From Eledone cirrhosa (lineage: Eukaryota), in NCBI GenBank assembly GCA_964016885.1, contig OZ024764.1:25048001-25112000 (forward strand): a DNA stretch of 64,000 nt. Direction: 5' to 3'. Within the stretch, counting starts at the first letter, position 1; the number at the start of each line of letters is the position of its first letter. Positions 50,897 to 64,000 of the stretch are shown piece by piece. The position numbers and the translations under genes are program-made. Under the pieces are notes generated by a model. It made no database searches. It saw only the letters and a program-made list of their open reading frames with translations, and was not told the origin of the DNA.

Positions 50897-53800
50897 TCAT
50901 ATATGCCAGTGAACAAGGTGACATTTGGAGCCTAAAAATATCTCTCCAAAACCAGGGGTCGACTTGTCTGCTAAATATAGTATGTTAACCTTTACCACTG
51001 AGGGGTAACAGTGAAACTGCCGGCCAAACACTTGTTGTACACCACTTACCATAACTCTAGCAACCCACCACATTTATTTCTACTGGATCTCATATTTGTT
51101 AAGTATAACGTAGAGATTATAGTAATATCAATGTCTTACTGTAGCTTATAGTGTAGGTTACCATAGGGTAGGTTACTGTAGGGTAGGATACCGTAGGGTA
51201 GGTTACTGTAGGGTAGGTTACCATAGGGTAGGTTACTGTAGGGTAGGATACCGGAGGGTAGGTTACCATAGGGTAGGTTACCATAGGGTAGGTTACTGTA
51301 GGGTATGTTACTGTAGGGTAGGTTACTGTAGGGTAGGGTACCATAGGGTAGGATACCGTAGGGTAGGTTACCATAGGGTAGGTTAGCATAGGGTAGGTTA
51401 CTGTAGGGTAGGATACCGGAGTGTAGGTTACCATAGGGTAGGTTACCATAGGGTAGGTTACTGTAGGGTATGTTACTGTAGGGTAGGTTACTGTAGGGTA
51501 GGTTACCATAGGGTAGGTTACTGTAGGGTAGGATACCGTAGGCTAGGTTACCATAGGGTAGGTTAGCATAGGGTAGGTTACTGTAGGGTATGTTACTGTA
51601 GGGTATGTTACTGTAGGGTAGGGTAACATAGGGTAGGATACCGTAGGGTAGGTTACCATAGGGTAGGTTAGCATAGGGTAGGTTACTGTAGGGTATGTTA
51701 CTGTAGGGTAGGTTACTGTAGGGTAGGGTACCATAGGGTAGGATACCGTAGGGTAGGTTACCATAAGGTAGGTTAGCATAGGGTAGGTTACTGTAGGGTA
51801 GGATACCGGAGTGTAGGTTACCATAGGGTAGGTTACCATAGGGTAGGTTACTGTAGGGTATGTTACTGTAGGGTAGGTTACTGTAGGGTAGGTTACCATA
51901 AGGTAGGTTACTGTAGGGTAGGATACCGTAGTGTAGGTTACCATAGGGTAGGTTAGCATAGGGTAGGTTACTGTAGGGTATGTTACTGTAGGGTATGTTA
52001 CTGTAGGGTAGGGTACCATAGGGTAGGATACCGTAGGGTAGGTTACCATAGGGTAGGTTAGCATAGGGTAGGTTACTGTAGGGTATGTTACTGTAGGGTA
52101 GGTTACTGTAGGGTAGGGTACCATAGGGTAGGATACCGTAGGGTAGGTTACCATAGGGTAGGTTAGCATAGGGTAGGTTACTGTAGGGTATGTTACTGTA
52201 GGGTAGGTTACTGTAGGGTAGGGTACCATAGGGTAGGATACCGTAGGGTAGGTTACCATAGGGTAGGTTAGCATAGGGTAGGTTACTGTAGGGTATGTTA
52301 CTGTAGGGTAGGTTACTGTAGGGTAGGGTACCATAGGGTAGGATACCGTAGGGTAGGTTACCATAGGGTAGGTTAGCATAGGGTAGGTTACTGTAGGGTA
52401 TGTTACTGTAGGGTAGGTTACTGTAGGGTAGGGTACCATAGGGTAGGATACCGTAGGGTAGGTTACCATAGGGTAGGTTAGCATAGGGTAGGTTACTGTA
52501 GGGTATGTTACTGTAGGGTAGGTTACTGTAGGGTAGGGTACCATAGGGTAGGATACCGTAGGGTAGGTTACCATAGGGTAGGTTAGCATAGGGTAGGTTA
52601 CTGTAGGGTATGTTACTGTAGGGTAGGTTACTGTAGGGTAGGGTACCATAGGGTAGGATACCGTAGGGTAGGTTACTGTAGGGTAGGGTACCGTAGGGTA
52701 GGTTACCATAGGGTAGGTTACCATAGTGTAGGTTACTGTAGGGTAGGTTACTGTAGGGTAGGTTACTGTAGGGTAGGTTACCATAGGGTAGGTTACTGGA
52801 GGCTAGGATACCGTAGGGTAGGTTACTGTAGGGTAGGTTACCATAGGGTAGGTTACTGTAGGGTATGTTACCATAGGGTAGGTTACTATAGAGGAGGTTA
52901 CCATACGGTAGGTTACCTTAGGGTAGGTTACCATAACGTAGGTAACTATAGGGTAGGTTACCATAGTGTAGGTTAATGTAGGGTAGGTTACCATAGGATA
53001 GGGTACCATAGGGTAGGTTACAATAGGGTATGGTACCATAGGGTAGGTTACCATAGGGTAGGTTACCATAGGTTAGGTTACCTTAGGTTAGGTTACAATA
53101 GGGTAGGTTATCATAGGTTAGTATACTATAGGATAGGTTACCATAAGGTAGGTTAGCATAGGCTTGGTTACCATAGGGGAGGATACTATTGGTTGTTACC
53201 TTAGGGTAGGTTACCATAGGGGAGGTTACTATAAGTTGTTACCATAGGGTAGGTTACCTAGGGTAGGTTACTATATGGTAGGTTACTGTAGGGTAGATTA
53301 CCATAAGGTAGGTTACTATAGGGTAAGTTACCATAGGGTTGATTACCTTAAGGTAGGTTACCATAGGGTAGGTTACCATAGGGTAGGTTACCTTAGGGTA
53401 GGTTACTATAGAGTAGAGTACCATAGGGTAGGTTACCATAGGGTAGGTTACCATAAGGGAGATTATTATAGGCTAGGTTACCATAAGTTAGGTTACTATA
53501 GGGTAGGTTATATATGACAGTTTACCATAGGGTAGGTTACCATAGGGTAGGTTACCATAAGGTGGGTTATCATAGGTAGGTTACCATATGTTATGTTACC
53601 ATAAGTAGGTTACCATAGGCTAGTTTACTAGAGGTAGGTTACCAGATGTTGTCATAGGGTAGGTTACCATACCATAGGTTACCACAGGGTAGGTTACCAT
53701 AGGGTAGGTTACCATACCATATGTTTGTTAAGGTTAGGCTAGCCTGGTTTACTCGGTGAGTTAGAACTCACTTGTGACTGTAGTGTTTTAGAAGAAGGGT

Positions 53801-53964
53801 CTTAACATTTAGTGCGCCACTAAATTTTTTAACCGTTTCCCCTGCAACTGCCTTAATTTTGGGGGTCGTCTTATCAATGCAATAGGGTCCTAAACCTAAG
53901 TTACACCTCAGAATTTTAGGGGCCGACCTATGTACCAGATAGACTTGTACACCGGCATATATGG
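50897..53964. mobile_element. Non-autonomous Tc1/mariner-pogo-type TIR element enclosing the 15-bp satellite
   Basis: TIRs TCATATATGCCAGTGAACAAG / CTTGTACACCGGCATATATGG (18/21 match); TA on both sides; subterminal GGGGTCGACTTGT and GGGGCCGACCTAT motifs. Confidence 0.75.
51152..53720 (+). repeat. 15-bp satellite array 3 with a 105-bp (7-mer) higher-order repeat
   Basis: The GGTTAGCATA variant ends at 52065, 52170, 52275, 52380, 52485 and 52590. Confidence 0.95.
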
Positions 53965-55942
53965 TATATATATATATGCAAAGAGAGAGAGAGAAAGAGG
54001 AAGTGAGAGAGATGCATTAAAACAATAACAGAAGGTCTGACTGGAGAATTTACTTTAGAATTTTAAGAGAAAAGAGGAAGGTTTCAGACTTCTGGAATTC
54101 CTTCACGAAAATGTCCAATTTATCTGTAACAAACTTCAAAAAACGAGACAACCACTTAATAACCTATAGATCAAGTGGGCCCACCAGCTAGATAGATTTA
54201 ATTGTTACCAGAAGACAGAGTGACTGTTATAAACACAAAGTCCGTCCCTAGTGAAGAATGCACCTCCCAACATACCTTAGAAGACAACCTGGAAGAAAAG
54301 AGTAGAGATCAAAATCAAAAGGTCTTAAAGTCAATTTGGTAAAGACTAAAGTTCTAGTAAGTAGAAAGGAAAACAGGGCCCAGATCTCTTCAGGTAAACT
54401 GTCCTGCTCAGTGTGCAGAAAGGGAGTAGGTAGAAATTCCATCCTATGTCCCATATAGAAATGATGGGTACACAAAAGATGTAGTGCGATCTCAGGAACG
54501 CTAACAAAGAAAGTAGCTTCTACATGGGGCCAGTGAACAGGGGCAGTAAATAACAAGAGCTCTCAGGTTACAATCTCCTTCAAATGCCCAGAAATCTCTG
54601 TAGAGGTGGTAGATAGTTTCTGTTACCTGGGTGACCAAATCAGCAGTGGAGTAGGGTGGTCCAAAAACTCAGTAACCAGAGTGAGATTAGATTGGCGAAA
54701 GTGCAGGGATCTACTACTACTGCTAACTACAAAAGGTTTTTTCCCTCAAAATGAAGGGCAGATTGTCTGATGCAGGTATACAAACAACAATGTTGCACAG
54801 CAGCTAGACCTGGGCACTGTCCGCAGAAGATCTGTAAAGCTTGGAAAGAAATTAAGCCTCCATGCTTCAATGGATGTGCTATAGTAATATATGCAAATGG
54901 CAAAACATAAATGTAGTGTGAGAGAAATTATGCATAAGAGGGATTAGTTGCAGTGTGCAGGAGAGGGATTGTTATGGTTTAGACATGTAATGTGTATGAA
55001 GGGTGACAGCTGTATAAAAAGGTGCATAACACACAAAGTTGACAGAAGCCATGGAGTGGGCAGGTCTGGGAAGACTTGGGATGAGGTAAGGAAAGCTGAC
55101 TTTGCACAATTACACCTAGCTAAGGCAATGACACAGGATGGTGACCTCTGGCGCTATGCAGAATTATAGAGGACCTGCCCTCATAAATCCACGAGTTGAG
55201 GCATATATCTAGTATGTAACACCTTCCCCACCATCTTCCCTCCCAAACATCTTAATTGATGTTATCATCCCACCCCTATAACAACATCCACAATCCACCA
55301 GACATTTTCCCTACCAAGTTCCCAAACTTCACCATAAAGAGGTCCCACTGCAATCATGACAACGTGTCCAGTCCACACTGTACAGTGTTCATGTAGGTGT
55401 CCCGACAAAAAGCACCCAGCACACTGTACAAATGTGGTTGGCATTAGAAAGGGCATCCAACCATAAAAACCAAGCTAAAATCAGTTCCATGTGAGTGAAA
55501 CATGGTCCTCTGACCTGATCTCCCACAAAGGGACAACCCATCCAACACATTGCCATTCCTTAAGTGCCTTTCCAGACATCAAGGCCACCTGGCACACACA
55601 AGTCAGCCAGAGAATACCTTCCTAATTTAAGGCTTTTAACATCTGAAGCCAGATTTCATCTTCCCCAGCAGTTTTACCACATTTGAGCTCTTTAACTGCT
55701 CTTGTGATCTCAGCCTCTGAGAGATTAGTCACCACTCCCAGATACACCTCATCTACATCCAAAAATGCTGTTGTGATCGGGTTTAGGAGGTCAGCAACAT
55801 ATTCTCTCCACCTTGTGGGGATGCACCTTTCTGAAGATAGGAGGACCCAGGATTCATACTTGATAGCAGGTGTGGAGGAAGGCTTCATATTACGAAGCCG
55901 GCAGATGATCTGCCAGATCATTTGCATATAAGTGTATATATA

Positions 55943-58062
<2,120 letters not shown>

Positions 58063-59181
58063 GAATGATCGACCATCGGAATATTGGCCCACGAAATCAC
58101 GATAAACAATATCCGACATGTGTGGTAGGGGGCTCAATAGTTTGGATAAACCAGAGCTATACCTATCGTTAAAATTCCAACACACAGAGATCATGCCTAA
58201 AATCACCCGTGCAGCCGAAAAAGAACGACCAGGAAGATTCGGGTCACTCAAATAAAATATCAATAAATTAATAAATTAAATGAATGTAAAAAAACTCACC
58301 CGGACCCGCTAGCAGGATGTTAAATTCTAGCTTTTTGGGTTTCTGCAATTCCTTAATCAAATCACTATCAGCCCACATAAAAAATATGTATGACTTCTAG
58401 AGAGGAGACGAACGAGGAAAAGCTTCTTCAACGAGTTTCCGTTCAAAAATACGGAGGGATCCACCGCCAAAAACGCACATGGTATTCAGCAAGAGAGGGA
58501 ACCCCTATATTAGCGAAAGAATTCGGTGATGTGTAAATTATGTAAAAATACGAAGTATCACATATCGAATCAGAGTGCTTAACAGATGTGTTAAAATAAA
58601 CAAGAGCTATTCATCAGTCAATAAGATCAACAAAAAAGATATATATATATATATTTAAAAGAATAGAGATGTAACACACAAGTTATTATATATTTGTAAA
58701 CGGAATAGAAAATGCTGACAAATTGTTCACAGTTGAAAAATGGTTTAATTAGGAATAAAAGAGTATTAGTAATTGTATGGGTTAGTATTCAGTTGTGGTT
58801 TTAAGTTTTTAAGTTTTTACCGGTTGCGCATTTCTAAATGCTTTTCAAAAATAATTTTGAGATAGAGTGTCCGTGTTGTTTGCTCTGATCTGATTAGTTT
58901 TGGGAATTCTACCTGTTTTTATGTTAAAAAAGTGGCTCCAGCGCTACTTTCGTGTTGCAAAAATTCTTGTGGTCAAAACAATTTTGATTGGTCGGTAGAG
59001 ATCATGTGAATAAAAAATTGATTTTGCGCCAAGACTGTTTTTATGTTAAAAAAGTGGCTCCAGCGCTACTTGGTGTTTGCAAAATTTCTTGTGGTCAAAA
59101 CAATTTTGATTGGTCGGTAGAGGTCATGTGAATAAAAAATTGATTTTGCGCCAAGACTGAGAAATGACTCTTTCACAACAA

Positions 59182-59247
<66 letters not shown>

Positions 59248-59315
59248 TAGTAGTAAAGTGCTCGATGTTGTGATAATGGTTAGCAGGGATGTGTGTCAAA
59301 TGGCTATTAAGTTAA

Positions 59316-59350
<35 letters not shown>

Positions 59351-59724
59351 TGAGTGTGTATATAGCAGAGTAATTCGTGGTAGCGGGGATGGTCAGTAGG
59401 AATGTGTCTGTAAGCAGTGGGGGGTATTTTAGCATGTCAAAAGATATTTTTCAGCTTTTGTCTTATACGGAGAAGTGTGTGTGTGTGTGTGTGTATAAGT
59501 CTCTTTGTATGTTAATGTACGCGTGTGTATGTGTGTGTGTGTGTGTATATATATGTGTGTGTGTGTGAGAATGTGTGTGTGTGTGTGGGTGGACCAGTAT
59601 TTTATTCCCCCTGGTAAAGTGGTGTTCATTATTCGATATTTTCAGTAAAATCGGTTCTCTTAATAGAACATCAAAATTCTTAACAATAAAAGGTGTGAAA
59701 TGATATTCACTATATATATATATT

Positions 59725-59755
<31 letters not shown>

Positions 59756-60945
59756 GTGAGGTTTTTTTTACAAAATGAAAAATAACCGAGGTGTCCTACA
59801 CGAGTGGAAGTATAAAGAAAAAAGGATGAAATCGAGAATGCAACTGAAGTCTTATTTTTTTTAAAAATATATATATTTATTTGGTTCCTTTACCGGTTTC
59901 GCAGTTCTTCTGCTTTTCAAAAGGTGAGTTGAGATGGAGGGTCTGTGGTTTTTCTCACATCTGGTTGGTCTCTAAATGTTACTTGTTTTATATGGAAAAA
60001 CTGGCTCGAAAACCAGGTTTTTCGAGAAGTAATTTGATTGGTTTGTCAATAATTATAATAAATTTCGCGCCAGTTCGCGTTACAATAGTTCTTCAAATAA
60101 GAGAGGGGGGGGGGGGTTGTCACAGGTTGTTTTTTCATATATGAGTGTTTGAATTTCTTTTTACTTGAAAAAATGAGGCTCACGAAGGCTTTTTTTTGGT
60201 TGGTTATAAATGAAATTTGGCTGTCACGTGAACAAGTTTTCATTACATTTTTGCGCCCTTATTTGGAAAACTATTCTGTAGTCTTTATAGTGAAAGTTAT
60301 GACAATGGAGAGATAGTGGTCAAGGGAAAAGGGATTGGGAAAAATGTTCTGGTTCAGTGAATATGGCCAGCTGTCAGAGTTCAGGTGTCAGAGTTCAGAT
60401 TTTCTATTGAGACTGAAGATACGTGTTTATTTGTGTGCTTGTGTGTGTGTATATGTGTATTGGAAGATGATTCTATTAGTAGAGATGGGGGAGGGAGTTG
60501 TGTGTGTGTGTATATGGGTGTTATGTGTGTGTGTGTGCGAGTATGTTAGATAGAGAGAATATATATTTTTTGTGTGTGTGTATATATATATGTGTGTAGG
60601 AAAGTGGTTCTATTAGTAGAAATGGGGAGGGTGTTGTAGGTGTGGGGGTTTTTATGTGTGTGTATGGGTGTTATGTGTGTGGGAGTATGGTTAGCATGTT
60701 AAGATGAAGAGAATATATATATATATATATATATATATTGTGTGTGTGTATGTGTGTGTGGAGGAAAATGATTCCTTTAGTAGGAATATTTTTGAATGAA
60801 CATATTTTCCTGACTTTTTCGTGTTTGCTGTTGTATTGCCAGTGAAAACGTATGTTTAAGGTTTATTTAGTTCGGGTTTTTATTTTCTAAAGTAGGTGTT
60901 ATGTGTGTGTGTGTATGTCATATTGTGGTGTTGACATAATGTATA

Positions 60946-63067
60946 TTAAACCTTATTTAATGTTGGTCTATATTTTTGAATAAACATATTTTCCTTATTT
61001 ATTCGCATTTGTTCTGTTGTATTGTTAGCGCAAAGGTAAAATGGGAAGACTTGGAATTTGGGTGTCTTATTACTTGCGCAAATGTCTAGATGTGCACTTA
61101 GTGGTATTTGTCTCGTGGTTGGATCTCGTAATTGTTGGCGATGAACTGTCATTCTGTTTCTGAGTGTGAGTTTAGTTTGTCCTATATAATCTTCATTGCA
61201 TCCTTTACATTTAATGGCATAAATTAGATTTTTTGATGAGCAAGTGAAGTGATTTTTTACAGTAAAATTTTGTCCTGATTTAAATGTATACGTGTTGCCT
61301 TCAATGAGGTGAGTGCAGGTTCCACAATTAGAGCGACCACATTTTTTGATACTTGGTTGTGGGTTTGTGGTAGGTAATTTGGCATTGGTGAGTAATGTTT
61401 TCAGTGATTTTGGTTGTCTTTTGCTTTTGATTATTTTGTGTGTTTCAAGGGCTTTTTTCATTCTTGGGTTTTGTTTTAGTAGTGGGATGTTATTGTGAAT
61501 AGTGTTGTAAGCTTCCGCATTTCTTGGGTTGTGTGTTGAGATATATGATAGAATATTGGACGTACCTTGAATTTGTTTCTGTTTCCGTAATTCATCAATG
61601 CCTATTGCTTTAGCCCTTTCTATTCCATTATTTATTAGTAATAGTGGGTACTCTCTCTCAAGTAGAATTTCCTTTAATTCTTGAAGTCTTTTATTTCGCG
61701 TTTCATAATTGGAGACAATTGTGCAAATTCTTCTTGCTAGGTTAAAAGGAATGTTCGTCTTCGTGTGCTTTGGATGGTTGGAGGTGAATAGCAGATATTG
61801 TTTGGAATCTGTTGGTTTGTAGTGTATGTCAGTTTCGATATTTGTGTCTTTTTTTGTGATTAAGATGTCCAGAAATGGGAGTTGATCTTGGCTGTATTCC
61901 ATTGTGAATTGGATGTGGTTATTGATGCCGTTTATTAAGTTTTTGAAATCCTTCAGTTGGTCGAGTGTGTGGGACCAAAGAATGAGGCAATCATCCAAGT
62001 AGCGTTTCCAATTCTCTGATAAATATTTGTGAAAGTTCAATCCGTATTTTGATTTAGACTGTTCATATATCTGGACTTCTAAGTATGCCATGACTAAGTT
62101 GGCATAAGTTGGAGCGGCTTTTGTGCCCATCGCAGTCCCCGATATTTGCTTGTAAGTATTGCCATCGAAATCAAAAAAGTTGTTCTGTAGGATGAATTTT
62201 AATCCCTCGGTGATGAAGCTTTTTTCTATTCTGTCAGGTATCTCATTGGGATATTTCTCTAGCCAGAATCCTATTGCTTCTAGTCCGTATTGGTGTGGGA
62301 TCGTTGTGTAGAGATTCACTACATCGAAAGACACAATAATAGTGTCGTTGTTGACATGTTTGGGGAGGTGGTTTAAGAGGTCCAGATCGTCTCTTACAAG
62401 GCTTGGTATGTGTTTCAGTATTGGTTTCAGTAGTATGTCTATAAAGTTGCTCAATCTGTGTGTTTCACATTGTGGGCCCGCTACAATTGGTCTTAATTTA
62501 AGATCTGTGGGGTATTGTGTGTTCACGCAGGCTGAGGTGGATTGTTTACAGGCATCGTTGATTATTTTACATTTGTGGATCTTCGGAAGTCCGTAAAGGT
62601 TGCTGGTTTTGTATTCAAAATTTGTTAAATAATCGCGTTCCTTTTTAGTTAGGTCTTCCTGGTATCGATAAATCAGTGTGTTTAATTTGGTCATTATTTT
62701 TGATTGCTGGTAGTTTTTTACTCTTTCATAGTAATTAGCATTTTGTAAGAGAGAGAACATAGAATTTTTATATTTTTCAGCCTCCATAATGACAACAGTA
62801 CTTCCCTTGTCCGCTTCCTTAATTACAATGTCCGGATTGTTTTTTAGTTCATGGATAATCTCCCATTCCCTTCGACTTGTGTTGGGTTTGGGTTTAGGTT
62901 GCGGTAGTTCATGGTATGGGAAGGTAGCTATGTGGTCACAAAATTTGTCCAGAACTCTGTTTCTACCTTTTGTTGGGTTGTAGCTGCTTTTATTCCGTAC
63001 AATTGATTCGTCGTTATTCTCCTTGTCAAAGAATTCCTCTGTGAGACGTAATTTTCTACAGAAGTGT

Positions 63068-63068
<1 letters not shown>
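60946..63068 (-). CDS. PLE ORF (RT + GIY-YIG) copy C, 5'-truncated at (TA)n
   Basis: 613-aa track ORF plus upstream sequence matching copy A. Confidence 0.92.
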
Positions 63069-63125
<57 letters not shown>

Positions 63126-63126
63126 T

Positions 63127-63222
<96 letters not shown>

Positions 63223-63223
63223 T

Positions 63224-63271
<48 letters not shown>

Positions 63272-63460
63272 TTTTTTTGTGTTGCACCATAGAGCATGTG
63301 TGTTCACGTATGTCATTGTGTTTATATGTGGGTAGAGATGTGTGCTGATGTAGGTATGTATGTTGAAGTGTGTATGTTGTGGGTTCGTCTTAGGGAGAAG
63401 TGTTTAGACGGGGTCCGTATTTGTTAATGAAGTAAGATACCTTGCTGATGTATATATATA

Positions 63461-63534
<74 letters not shown>

Positions 63535-64000
63535 GAAAAATAAATGTTACGGGCGAAAGAGAGGAATATCCATCGTCAGTTGTCTGCTAGGAATCATAGG
63601 TATTTCTTCGTGTTAGGGGCAAGATACTTCAGCCTAGGGTGAACTATAACTAAAATAAGTTATTAGGATAAAAAAAGAGAGGAAAGAGAGAAAAACATGT
63701 AAACAGACACGAAGGGTGAAGCAACGTAAAGAGAGGAAAAATAGGAAATATATCAAGTCAACAACTCATTTCGAACGTAAGAATGATGAGTTTGACGACA
63801 GAGAAAACGACACGTCTTCACTGTTGCAGTGTTAGCGAGAGAAGAGGCTGCTTACAGTGGTGGACAAGGGAGGAAGTGAACTAGTGGAGAGAGGGAGTGA
63901 GTGAAAGTAAGAGGAAGCGAGAAAGAGATAGTTATAGTGGCAGGGTAGCCGAGATAAGGTGACTAGCAGAGGGGGTGAGCGAAAGTAAGAGGGAGAAGGA

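Noticed and set aside
51543-52784. 413-aa VTYP(M/T) repeat ORF and similar VTYP/VGYHR ORFs in all three arrays
   Set aside because: A stop-free frame of a 15-bp satellite; frames break freely between arrays and there is no gene context

Overview
AT-rich, microsatellite-laden eukaryotic repeat DNA. The tRNA-derived SINE and RTE/Penelope families resemble cephalopod (Octopus-like) repeats; this is an inference. No host protein-coding gene is recognisable. The window is a nested stack of Penelope-like elements (PLE; RT + GIY-YIG), RTE-clade LINEs, SINEs, one non-autonomous Helitron and (TA)n/(TG)n tracts. A ~10 kb block occurs three times (A ~21.7-31.8 kb, B ~35.7-45.7 kb, C ~54-64 kb), each downstream of an array of a 15-bp G-rich satellite. 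In the intact copy (50897-53964) that satellite sits inside a TA-flanked, TIR-bounded DNA transposon. The main hidden signal is a dense set of type I hammerhead ribozyme (HHR) motifs: 11 with an intact core (CUGANGA...GAAA...UH) plus several degenerate ones. Some lie in non-coding ~330-430 bp units with no ORF. One of these has an exact 430-nt period with circular permutation, and several are arranged as divergent inverted pairs. This fits a retrozyme-like circular-RNA parasite mobilised by PLE machinery. All structures were read by eye and none was computed.
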